Virus record (IMG/VR): IMGVR_UViG_3300019776_000919
Span: 96,001-160,000 of that record
Strand: one strand, 5' to 3'
DNA: 64,000 nucleotides
Source: a virus
The notes under the pieces were generated by a model, which saw only the letters and a program-made list of their open reading frames with translations, did no database searches and was not told the DNA's origin. Both the position numbers and the translations under genes were made by a program. Below are positions 47,408 to 55,669 of this stretch, piece after piece; positions within the stretch are counted from its first letter, which is position 1, and each line of letters starts with the position of its first letter.

Positions 47408-48907
47408 TCATTTCAAAATTAAAACCCAGCGATCTTGACCGCAATCTTTGATTTTGAAATAACCATTTTTGTACATAATTTCAGATTCAGTCATTTCTTT
47501 CGGATATTTTTCTTTAAAGATATCTTCTAGCTTATGGCGTTGAAATGAAACTCTATTGAAACGTCTTTGACCCTTGCACCAAAAGTATCCAGGCTGACTG
47601 GAGCTAGAATAAGCAAAACCATTTTTCCAGTATACACCTCCAATACTCCATCTTCTATCGGAATAAGATACTATTCTTTTAGGGTTTTGATTTCTAATGA
47701 AGTGTTTAAGTAACTTAGAAAATCCACCTATTACTGAAGTACTGGTTGAATACCTAAGCAGTTCATAACAATCTTCTTCTTGGTCTTCAAATCTAAACTT
47801 AGAAAAAGTCATGCATCCCACGAGATTATTTTCGTAGAATAGTCCGTACCTGAACGAAGAAGAATATGCATGCCCTTGAATATGATTGTTCGATTCAAAC
47901 TCTTTAACAACTTGATTAGTGAGTTGTTTTATTTCACATTTTCTCGCAAAGACTTTCTTTGTCGAAGTTAGTATAGAACGGAGTTTGTTTTTGATAATGT
48001 CTTGTTTTTCAAGCCACTCATCTTCTAATACATGGATTATTCTGATCCCTGCTTTTAAATAAGATTCTGTTTTTTCAAACAAAGAATTTGAAGATGCCAT
48101 GGCCCCTTCAAACTTATCCCATTTAGAAGAAGGATCTCTGTGGAAGAATAATCCATTATATTCTATACCCAGGCTCAGTGAAGGAATGTATATATCCAAT
48201 TCCATTTTTAAGCCTTCTACTGGTTTTACTCTACTAATAGCATCTGGCCTCAGGCCCTTTATAAATTCGAAGATTTCCAGCTCCGGACTGGATTTTCTAG
48301 TCAAAGAACAATGAGAGCATCTTTTACCGCTTAGGTAGTCCCCGGGCCTAATCATATAGGATCCGTGAACTTTACAATTAATTTCCGATAGTGTTTTACT
48401 GCTTACGTACTTTGTATTTTCAAAAGTATCGAGGCCAATATGAACAGAAGAAGCTTTTTCGATAAAATCATTGATGTCATCTGCTTGATCTTTAGCTCGT
48501 TTTTTAATGTTACATTTCGAGCAAAGAAATCTTCTTTTTTTTGAGATTACAGAAATTGGTTGCGTAGAAAAATCACCGTGTTCCTTACATGTAATATTTA
48601 CGTATGTATGGGAATCTACGTATGACACTTTGCTATAGCTACAATTCATCCAAGTATCCGGATAAATCTGTTTAATTTCTTCTATAAATGACTCGGTATT
48701 TCTCTTAGCACTTATAGCGCATTGCCCGCAAGCAATACCATTTTTCCTAGTTACGTTTTTAAACGTACGAGTAACTTCGCCATGACGGGGGCAAATTACT
48801 ATTGATTCGGAGTACGACCCGTTATATGTAAACTTTGAGAAGTCATATTCAGGCCACATAGCCTTCATTTTTGAAATGGCTTCTTCGGGTTTTATTTTTA
48901 TAGGCAT
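47408..48907 (-). CDS. Hef-like free-standing homing endonuclease (C..HG Zn repeats, PD-(D/E)XK, GNAT-like C-terminus)
   Basis: ICPRHG/TCKEHG/NCKVHG plus CxxC; ELDIYIP....IEYNG; ELLRY...IGGFSKLL...SYSDRRW. Confidence 0.75.
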   Translation of the reverse strand: MPIKIKPEEAISKMKAMWPEYDFSKFTYNGSYSESIVICPRHGEVTRTFKNVTRKNGIACGQCAISAKRNTESFIEEIKQIYPDTWMNCSYSKVSYVDSHTYVNITCKEHGDFSTQPISVISKKRRFLCSKCNIKKRAKDQADDINDFIEKASSVHIGLDTFENTKYVSSKTLSEINCKVHGSYMIRPGDYLSGKRCSHCSLTRKSSPELEIFEFIKGLRPDAISRVKPVEGLKMELDIYIPSLSLGIEYNGLFFHRDPSSKWDKFEGAMASSNSLFEKTESYLKAGIRIIHVLEDEWLEKQDIIKNKLRSILTSTKKVFARKCEIKQLTNQVVKEFESNNHIQGHAYSSSFRYGLFYENNLVGCMTFSKFRFEDQEEDCYELLRYSTSTSVIGGFSKLLKHFIRNQNPKRIVSYSDRRWSIGGVYWKNGFAYSSSSQPGYFWCKGQRRFNRVSFQRHKLEDIFKEKYPKEMTESEIMYKNGYFKIKDCGQDRWVLILK

Positions 48908-48926
48908 TGAGTTGTGGATTATACTA

Positions 48927-49175
48927 TTAATCCGGAATTTTTTCAGTATTTACAGTAACATTATCTGGATTAATAATTTCCAAATCACATACGTGGAGAC
49001 AAACAATATCCCCTTTGTTGAATGCGCCGACTTTTTCTTCTGCCCTGGCCCTTACAAACCAAGTTCCTAAATCTTGTATTACCGTAAATTTCTTATTAGT
49101 CCAATAAGAAAACATTGTGTTCGTATATTTGACTAGAGTTCCAGGCTCGAACTTAGGCATTAAATCTTCATTCAT
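48927..49175 (-). CDS. SH3-like array member 14 (no QLELF tail)
   Basis: KFEPGTLVKY...KKFTVI...KGDIV.L....LE. Confidence 0.8.
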   Translation of the reverse strand: MNEDLMPKFEPGTLVKYTNTMFSYWTNKKFTVIQDLGTWFVRARAEEKVGAFNKGDIVCLHVCDLEIINPDNVTVNTEKIPD

Positions 49176-49395
49176 TAAACAGCTCCATTTGAAGTTTTTC
49201 TTTTTTCTTTACAGGTTCGAATCTATACTCATAGTAGTTTGCAATTGATCCACTCTCTGACTCACACTTATATAGACACCTTCCTGGATAAGAAGTTCTG
49301 CTCAATCTTTTCAGTACTTTAAAGGTTTTACCGATTAGTTCAGTATCGCCTTTTACATAGACAACCAAGTCCCCAACATTAAATTTAAAAGACAT
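49168..49395 (-). CDS. SH3-like array member, C-terminal QMELF
   Basis: FNVGDLVVY...QMELFNE. Confidence 0.85.
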   Translation of the reverse strand: MSFKFNVGDLVVYVKGDTELIGKTFKVLKRLSRTSYPGRCLYKCESESGSIANYYEYRFEPVKKKEKLQMELFNE

Positions 49396-49619
49396 TAAAA
49401 CAATTCCAGTTGAAGTTTTTCTTTTTTCTTTACGAGTTCAAATCTAGATTCATAGTATTCTAAAAGCTTACCCGTTTCTTCCGATTTGCATCGGTAAAGA
49501 TTATTGCCTGACACAAAGCTTTCTCTTAATTGCCGTATTATTTGGTAAGTCTTACCTATTAAATGTGAGTGGCCATCCACATAGGTAACTAAGTCACCAA
49601 CTTTGAATTTAAACGACAT
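49395..49619 (-). CDS. SH3-like array member, C-terminal QLELF
   Basis: FKVGDLVTY...QLELF. Confidence 0.85.
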   Translation of the reverse strand: MSFKFKVGDLVTYVDGHSHLIGKTYQIIRQLRESFVSGNNLYRCKSEETGKLLEYYESRFELVKKKEKLQLELF

Positions 49620-49849
49620 TAGAATAACTCCAGCTGAACATTGATAGGTCTAATATTTTCCAGATATAACTTTACCATATCACCTTTTTTATAAACGGTA
49701 TCAGTAATGTCTTGATTACATACTGCACTTACCGTTTCAAATCCAAAAATAGAATTTGTTTTTATTACGGTAAATTTTTTCAAATGCCAGGTTGGATAAT
49801 CGGGATTGACAAATTGAACTTCATCATTTTCCTTAAAGGTCTTAATCAT
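49619..49849 (-). CDS. SH3-like array member, C-terminal QLELF
   Basis: FKENDEVQF...QLELF. Confidence 0.85.
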   Translation of the reverse strand: MIKTFKENDEVQFVNPDYPTWHLKKFTVIKTNSIFGFETVSAVCNQDITDTVYKKGDMVKLYLENIRPINVQLELF

Positions 49850-50078
49850 TGAATAACTCTAATTGACAGCGAGTCTTTTTTTCAATCGCTAATTCCAATT
49901 TACTATTACGTATACCAACAAAGACACCTTGTGTATATCTTTCATTAATATCCTCCATACAAACTACCCAAGAAATATCATGCCCGGGATTGGTAACTTT
50001 AAATCGTTTATTAAAAAGTTGCCCTTGGGAATTATCGGTGTATATAACTACATCGTCAATTTTGAACTTATAGGTCAT
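49842..50078 (-). CDS. SH3-like array member, C-terminal QLELF
   Basis: FKIDDVVIY...QLELFND. Confidence 0.85.
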   Translation of the reverse strand: MTYKFKIDDVVIYTDNSQGQLFNKRFKVTNPGHDISWVVCMEDINERYTQGVFVGIRNSKLELAIEKKTRCQLELFND

Positions 50079-50307
50079 TAAATAATTCCAACTGGAGCCG
50101 TTCTTTTCGAGGATTACATCGTTCCAAATTAATATTTGCTAGACGCACCGTCATCCCCGCCTTAACCTCAGGGAGGATATCTTCTAAACAAATTAAATCG
50201 GAAGTGAGGCCCTTAGATCGGATAACTCTAAACTTTTTGTCAAACCAGCCTGCGTTTAATTTTGAAACGTATCTAACTATATCGTCTTTGTTAAAGATAG
50301 GGTTCAT
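50068..50307 (-). CDS. SH3-like array member, C-terminal QLELF
   Basis: FNKDDIVRY...QLELFNDL. Confidence 0.85.
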   Translation of the reverse strand: MNPIFNKDDIVRYVSKLNAGWFDKKFRVIRSKGLTSDLICLEDILPEVKAGMTVRLANINLERCNPRKERLQLELFNDL

Positions 50308-50549
50308 CAGAATAGTTCTAATTGACTGCGAATTCTATCCGCCTTATCCGCTTTAAATATTTCTAATCTATCACTAAACAGTCTCACTCTAGAACTCTTT
50401 CGATAAACCTCATCAATGTCTTCTAGACATATTGCAAGCGTACTTAATTCATCATATTTAATAATTTCAAATGTTTTTTTGTGCCAATTCTTTGCACTTT
50501 CAAAATTATATTTGACTACATCACCAGTTTTAAATTTATGTTTTTTCAA
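50307..50549 (-). CDS. SH3-like array member, C-terminal QLELF
   Basis: Likely TTG start at 50549 (TTGA overlap): MKKHKFKTGDVVKY...QLELF. Confidence 0.8.
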   Translation of the reverse strand: MKKHKFKTGDVVKYNFESAKNWHKKTFEIIKYDELSTLAICLEDIDEVYRKSSRVRLFSDRLEIFKADKADRIRSQLELF

Positions 50550-50776
50550 AATAATTCCAATTGAGGCCACGGTTTCTTTTTCAGATACTGATTCTAAGTA
50601 TTCATTAAAAAGAGGTATATGATCCCCTTTTGAAAAAAATTCGCAACGTTTTCTAGGCATTCTACGATAGAAGTTGCCCCCTTAAAGGTAATAACCTTAA
50701 AAGTTTTATTGTTGAAGTATTTGTACTTAGGATTATTGAACTTAACAGTGACACCTTCTGCAAATACTTTTGTCAT
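50546..50776 (-). pseudogene. SH3-like array member broken by two compensating frameshifts (or recoded)
   Basis: Start and KKPWPQLELF* are in one frame with an internal TAG at 50594-50596; the family-like middle KGDHIPLFNEYLESV is in the -1 frame. Confidence 0.7.
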
Positions 50777-51012
50777 TGAAACAGTTCCAGTTGAGTTTTT
50801 TTGTTTTTAGATTCAACTAACTCCAAGAAGGTATGATCGAGAGTCACCAAGGATCCTTGTTTAAAGTATTCACTAACATCTTCTAAACAGATTGATTTTG
50901 ACATAATATGCCCCGGCATACAAATCTTAAATTTTTTATCAAACCAATGCTCACAATGCTTAGTTTGCCGAATATATCTAACTACATCACCCTCTTTAAA
51001 TTTATAGTTCAT
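50773..51012 (-). CDS. SH3-like array member, C-terminal QLELF
   Basis: FKEGDVVRY...QLELFQ. Confidence 0.85.
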   Translation of the reverse strand: MNYKFKEGDVVRYIRQTKHCEHWFDKKFKICMPGHIMSKSICLEDVSEYFKQGSLVTLDHTFLELVESKNKKTQLELFQ

Positions 51013-51241
51013 TAAACAGTTCCAGTTGAGGAGAGATTTTTTTATGTTCTATTATCTCCAAATCCTCATTTGCAAGAGTTACAGGGGAGTGTTTTACGTA
51101 CTTAGAGGTAACATCTTCTAGACACCTTACATTGGACGCATAAGGATTAGAGTTAATAATCGTGAATGTTTTATTCAGCCACTCTTTATAATTAGGATTA
51201 TTGAACTTAACAATAACGCCTTCTGCAAATACTTTTGTCAT
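51002..51241 (-). CDS. SH3-like array member, C-terminal QLELF
   Basis: FAEGVIVKF...QLELFNEL. Confidence 0.85.
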   Translation of the reverse strand: MTKVFAEGVIVKFNNPNYKEWLNKTFTIINSNPYASNVRCLEDVTSKYVKHSPVTLANEDLEIIEHKKISPQLELFNEL

Positions 51242-51462
51242 TGAAACAATTCCAATTGAGAGGATTTTCTCGAAACTAATTCTAAGTTCGTAGTCATAAA
51301 CTTTACCGTTTCATTTTTAAGCCAGCTACTCGGAAGATCTTCTAGAGTGGTAACACTCGTAGTGTTAGGATCAGAAGCAACAACTATAAATTGTTTATTG
51401 TACCAATCCTCGTATTTAATATTGATAAACTTAACAGTATCTCCTTTATAGAACATCTTCAT
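51238..51462 (-). CDS. SH3-like array member, C-terminal QLELF
   Basis: FYKGDTVKF...QLELFQ. Confidence 0.85.
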   Translation of the reverse strand: MKMFYKGDTVKFINIKYEDWYNKQFIVVASDPNTTSVTTLEDLPSSWLKNETVKFMTTNLELVSRKSSQLELFQ

Positions 51463-51691
51463 CGAATAACCCCAATTGGAGCGAGGGTTTTTTCTCTTTC
51501 ACCAGCTCTAAGTAAAGGTTCAGAGTGCGTGCACTAGCACCTTTTGGGTAAATACTATTAATAAATTCTAAGCACACTAGAGTGGATTTACCATCATCAG
51601 AATAGAGCACTTTAAATTTTTTATTAAACCACTCTGGATATATATTATTCGTAAACCTAACAATATCGTCTTTTTTAAATCTTGGTTGCAT
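51446..51691 (-). CDS. SH3-like array member, C-terminal QLGLF
   Basis: FKKDDIVRF...QLGLFDEDVL. Confidence 0.85.
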   Translation of the reverse strand: MQPRFKKDDIVRFTNNIYPEWFNKKFKVLYSDDGKSTLVCLEFINSIYPKGASARTLNLYLELVKEKKPSLQLGLFDEDVL

Positions 51692-51924
51692 TAAAACAGT
51701 TCCAATTGTGGAGTTGGTTTTTTTCTCTGAGGTACCAGTTCTACATTGCTGATTGAAATGCGGGCTATGCTATCAATAGGGTAACCACTGCTAACAAAAT
51801 TTAAACACCTAGTAATACACGTATTATCTTCACAATCAATAATTTGAAATGTTTTATTAAACCAGTTTGGATATGTTTTATTATTAAACCTAACAATATC
51901 CCCTTTTGTAAATGCTTTGTTCAC
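51691..51924 (-). CDS. SH3-like array member, C-terminal QLELF
   Basis: FTKGDIVRF...QLELF. Confidence 0.85.
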   Translation of the reverse strand: MNKAFTKGDIVRFNNKTYPNWFNKTFQIIDCEDNTCITRCLNFVSSGYPIDSIARISISNVELVPQRKKPTPQLELF

Positions 51925-52184
51925 TAAAATAACTCCAGCTGACTTTTAGTAATGAATTCTTGCGAATGTACTAACTCTATATGATTTTCATTGAATAGGA
52001 TTATAATTGATCCCTTAAGACGAAAAATATCTATGTTTTCCAGGCATTCTGCCCTAAAGTAATAACTGCCGTTTGTATATTGAAAAACTTTAAGTATCTT
52101 GAAAAATTTACCATGCCAAGAAACATTGAAATTAACAGCAATATACTTTACAGTATCCCCTGCATTGAATTTAGGTGCCGACAT
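51924..52184 (-). CDS. SH3-like array member 1, C-terminal QLELF
   Basis: FNAGDTVKY...QLELF. Confidence 0.85.
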   Translation of the reverse strand: MSAPKFNAGDTVKYIAVNFNVSWHGKFFKILKVFQYTNGSYYFRAECLENIDIFRLKGSIIILFNENHIELVHSQEFITKSQLELF

Positions 52185-53154
52185 CTATGTCAATACCTTC
52201 TATCTCTGTAGGTATTTGTATTTGAAAACGATTTAAATAACGTTGGAAAATTGGAGCTGAATAGTCCACCATTGTCGAGGATTTTTTCTCAATAGAATCT
52301 GTACAAAATCCGAATTTTACCCACTCACTATTAGAACTTTTATTGATGATGGAGAACCCTCTACTATCCATATACCGAGAAATCCAATTAGGCACTTCTC
52401 GTCTTGTCCACTCCCCCTTATACCCTTTATTTAGCAAAAAATACAAAGGCAAGACTGGACTATTAAATCCAGATGCAGACTCCAAGGCATTAAATTCCTC
52501 TATGATTCCCCCTCTGCTTGGGCTGATATCGGGGATTAAGCAAGCCTTTTGCTTATACTCATCCGGAAATGAAAAAAAGTCGCATGGATATCCTTGATAC
52601 GTGACTGCAATAGTTTCTGAACTGACGCTCGATTGCGTGATATTAACTCCGTGAGAAATACGACTCATAAAGGAGCTACAAGATCCCGATTTAATTTCTG
52701 GTATTCTTACATCTTGCAGGTTAAGTTTGATAAGGTCAGGGTACATTCTGTTAAATAAATTTTGACCAGAATGTTTTTTATTAAATCTAAATTCAAACTC
52801 TTCTAAAAACGCTTTCGCCAAAGCTTGTAGATAAACCTCGTTATTGGTCAAATAACCTATGTAATAGGTTACTGATTCGTACGGTAAAGGTTTAGGTAGG
52901 CCCGGTACATCTTGTACATTAAAAAGACGAAAGTAGTTCTCCTTGCTTAAACTAAGTGGCCAACTACCGGCAGGCGTACGGCCTTTTACCAAATTCCATC
53001 TATATTTAATCACCAATAACTGCAAGACGCTAACAATAGAAGATCGGAGAATTGTATCCGATAGGTTTCTAGCGCAGTTTACCGGATTGATAGATGTTAC
53101 ATATAAATTAGGCCTGAGAGGATATTTAGACCATTTTGGGTGGTTGTTATTCAT
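52171..53154 (-). CDS. hypothetical protein, distantly pyrimidine-dimer-glycosylase-like
   Basis: NLYVTSINPVNCARNL.D, EFEFRFNKKH and WTRREVPNW resemble that family; weak. Confidence 0.5.
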   Translation of the reverse strand: MNNNHPKWSKYPLRPNLYVTSINPVNCARNLSDTILRSSIVSVLQLLVIKYRWNLVKGRTPAGSWPLSLSKENYFRLFNVQDVPGLPKPLPYESVTYYIGYLTNNEVYLQALAKAFLEEFEFRFNKKHSGQNLFNRMYPDLIKLNLQDVRIPEIKSGSCSSFMSRISHGVNITQSSVSSETIAVTYQGYPCDFFSFPDEYKQKACLIPDISPSRGGIIEEFNALESASGFNSPVLPLYFLLNKGYKGEWTRREVPNWISRYMDSRGFSIINKSSNSEWVKFGFCTDSIEKKSSTMVDYSAPIFQRYLNRFQIQIPTEIEGIDIDVGT

Positions 53155-53605
53155 TTTCAGACCAATCGTTTCTTTCTATTTCTACTGGCTTGCAGAAAAC
53201 CTTTAAGATCTTAGAACTGGTTTTGGCTACAGTAATTGTGCTTATGCAGAGTAAAGACCCAATTCCTAAAACTAGATTAAAGATCAATCCCCCTCGAATC
53301 CATTCGGTAAAAAACGGACTATATCCGTGAGATGCGAGTATTACTGTCCCTGGATCAATATTGGTTAGTAGGTTAACGTCATACATAAAATAGAATGCTG
53401 GCCACAGAAATAAAGATAAGACCATTCCAATTGCCATAAATAAAAGGACGCCTGCAAGAAAAAACAGTAATACAAAAGCTAATCCTGCCATTGATAAAGA
53501 GCCAAACAGACTACAAATATTCCATTCCCCATGAGGGAAATCAGAAACTGCAAACTTGCAAACTTTAAACAAGATTGAATTATGTTTTATTACAAAGGGT
53601 TTCAT
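53147..53605 (-). CDS. membrane protein
   Basis: Long hydrophobic segments. Confidence 0.75.
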   Translation of the reverse strand: MKPFVIKHNSILFKVCKFAVSDFPHGEWNICSLFGSLSMAGLAFVLLFFLAGVLLFMAIGMVLSLFLWPAFYFMYDVNLLTNIDPGTVILASHGYSPFFTEWIRGGLIFNLVLGIGSLLCISTITVAKTSSKILKVFCKPVEIERNDWSENE

Positions 53606-54187
53606 TCACATTTCTCCGGTAGAATTAGATTTGATTCGCTTAGATTTTTCGACGGGGATTTTCAGTAATTTATCCTGTATTTCCGACCATTCGAAAGGTT
53701 TCATTTCGTTACAGTCAACTCCAACATCCATTCTCCTAAGTGCAGGATCAAAAGGCAAAGTGCCATGATGATGCCCGTGAAGGTTGAAAGCCCCATGATG
53801 GGATCTATTCCATGAAAGCTGTGGGAAGTGAGATAGAGTAACTTCGATCTTCTGTATTTTTATCTCATCAATTCTAAACTTTATAGAAACTGGATTGAAG
53901 AATCCGACGATTGGTACATTGTCGTGATTGCCGGTAATTAGACAAATACGTCCGTTGAATCGACTGAGCCAATGCAGGTATTTTCCCAAAGTTTCTGTAT
54001 CATTTTTGACGAATAAAAAGTCTCCGAGAAAGAAAACATCATCATGAGGCTTAACAATTTTGTTATGAGCTTCAATCAAACCTTCGTTCATTTCATCTAC
54101 CGATGAAAATGGTCGATTGCAGTATTTGATGATGTTGGCATGGTTGATGTGATGATCAGATGCAAAGAAAATATTAGGTGTTTTCAT
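53606..54187 (-). CDS. calcineurin-like metallophosphoesterase
   Basis: SDHH.NHANII, LGD, GNHD, SHFP, HGHHH, DVGVD. Confidence 0.9.
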   Translation of the reverse strand: MKTPNIFFASDHHINHANIIKYCNRPFSSVDEMNEGLIEAHNKIVKPHDDVFFLGDFLFVKNDTETLGKYLHWLSRFNGRICLITGNHDNVPIVGFFNPVSIKFRIDEIKIQKIEVTLSHFPQLSWNRSHHGAFNLHGHHHGTLPFDPALRRMDVGVDCNEMKPFEWSEIQDKLLKIPVEKSKRIKSNSTGEM

Positions 54188-54202
54188 ATATTTAAGTTAG
54201 AG

Positions 54203-54229
54203 AAAAAGAGAGGGGGGCAATCCTCTCTT
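54203..54229 (-). terminator. intrinsic terminator
   Basis: AAGAGAGG stem with a T-run on the minus strand, after the purA-like gene. Confidence 0.7.
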
Positions 54230-54244
54230 GGGTAGGTTAATTAT

Positions 54245-55546
54245 TTAACCTTTGCGGGAACTGGCAAGGTTACCGATACCACGACCATCAAAGGCTTGTA
54301 CTTCGTAACCCAAAATGGTTTCAACATTGGCAAGAATTTCACCAACACGGGTCGCATCAAAATCAATGAACTTGCCATCCACCAACATTTGGTAAACGGC
54401 TTGGTTGGAAATCTGATCGGTACAGCTGACCATCACTTTGACACGGGGCCTGTATTTGGTCCCCAGATACTGAAGATCTTGACTGATTCGCTTGCGAAGA
54501 CCGGCCCAATCCAAGTGAGCATACCGGATCGTCCCTTGGTATTTGCCCGGGACGTTTGTCCTGTCTTGGCCAAGGGTCCAATAATCGTCACACTCAACCC
54601 CATCCTTCGCCAGAACAGGCCCTGCCCCGTGGCGAGTGATGTAAGGTCGAGTGACGTACAAAACTTCTTCGATGTCGCAGCCTTCCTCGTCGCACGTCTT
54701 CACGACGTTCTGAAGACCCGTATTGCTGCGGGTCAAATGAGGGAAGTATTCGCCACGATTCTGATCAAGGAGCAGCCCTTGAGCGCCTTCGAAGACCACA
54801 AGTTCCGATGTGGGGAAGAACACGTTGGTATTCTTGATTTCATCAGAGCCAGAAGAAACAATTGTGCCCCGAGTTTCACCCAACCGCATCGTCTTCATGA
54901 AAGCATACGGATACTTCAGGAACTCGGTCAACGCTTTGGAAAGCACCCGATCAGAAGTCCAATAGCCCAAAGGATCAGGGTTCAAGAAGTCGTTCAAACC
55001 ACCCTCAAGGTGAAGTTTTCGGATTTGATTGAGGTAGTACCCTTGAATCTCTCCGGTAAACGACACCAGGTACGAGTCGTTCATCAAGTCTTCGGTATGA
55101 AGACCTGGAGCTTGCTTATTCAGCAAACGGGCCACAGTCTCACCAATACCATATCCGACCGAACCGTGGCGTTTGTCGCCACGTCCCATTTCTTTGACTT
55201 GGTTCAACGCAATGTCCCAGGGGGACACCACAGGGCATTCAGGGTGGACCCGAATCAAGTTCGGGTGAATACCTTTGTCCACCAGATCGTTGCGCTCAGA
55301 CCAAGCGTAATGAGGGTTCACCAAAACGTCCTTGGTATACCAGGTATTTCGGCCAAGCAACGTGCCTGATCCGAAGTTCTGATGGACGTGCCGCACGCCG
55401 TTCACGGTGACAGTATGACCCGCTTGAGAACCACCGTTGAAACGGATCACATCTTTGATTGCTTTTTCATTGCACACCTTGGCGACGGTGGCACCCTTGC
55501 CTTCATCACCAAAATTGGCACCGATAACTACGATAGCTTTTTGCAT
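54245..55546 (-). CDS. purA: adenylosuccinate synthetase-like protein
   Basis: GANFGDEGKG, RFNGGSQAGHT, HGSVGYGIG, FEGAQGLLLD, TRSNTG, TRHGAGP. Confidence 0.85.
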   Translation of the reverse strand: MQKAIVVIGANFGDEGKGATVAKVCNEKAIKDVIRFNGGSQAGHTVTVNGVRHVHQNFGSGTLLGRNTWYTKDVLVNPHYAWSERNDLVDKGIHPNLIRVHPECPVVSPWDIALNQVKEMGRGDKRHGSVGYGIGETVARLLNKQAPGLHTEDLMNDSYLVSFTGEIQGYYLNQIRKLHLEGGLNDFLNPDPLGYWTSDRVLSKALTEFLKYPYAFMKTMRLGETRGTIVSSGSDEIKNTNVFFPTSELVVFEGAQGLLLDQNRGEYFPHLTRSNTGLQNVVKTCDEEGCDIEEVLYVTRPYITRHGAGPVLAKDGVECDDYWTLGQDRTNVPGKYQGTIRYAHLDWAGLRKRISQDLQYLGTKYRPRVKVMVSCTDQISNQAVYQMLVDGKFIDFDATRVGEILANVETILGYEVQAFDGRGIGNLASSRKG

Positions 55547-55584
55547 GTTCCTTGCCCTCAATAAGGATGGTTGATTACACTATT

Positions 55585-55614
55585 CTTATACCATTTTTGA
55601 ACAACTGAATTGAA
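55585..55614 (-). promoter_or_regulatory. conserved promoter
   Basis: Exact TTCAAT-N15-TGGTATAAG. Confidence 0.8.
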
Positions 55615-55617
55615 ACT

Positions 55618-55642
55618 AAAAAAGAGGGATAAACCCTCTTTT
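55618..55642 (-). terminator. intrinsic terminator
   Basis: AAAAGAGGG/CCCTCTTTT hairpin after the vWA gene. Confidence 0.75.
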
Positions 55643-55669
55643 ACCTTTGGTCGTCAAGACCTTCAGGTT

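Noticed and set aside
48927-52184. CRISPR array, integron cassettes or DGR as the explanation of the periodic array
   Set aside because: The repeats are protein-level with synonymous variation; genes overlap with no attC-like spacers; no integrase, reverse transcriptase or template repeat in the window
54296-55369. 357-aa plus-strand ORF
   Set aside because: Antisense shadow of the codon-biased purA-like gene; no recognisable motifs
54245-55546. PurZ (2-aminoadenine DNA pathway)
   Set aside because: The N-terminal motif is GDEGKG with the PurA Asp, not the Ser of PurZ; no dATPase or MazZ is visible nearby
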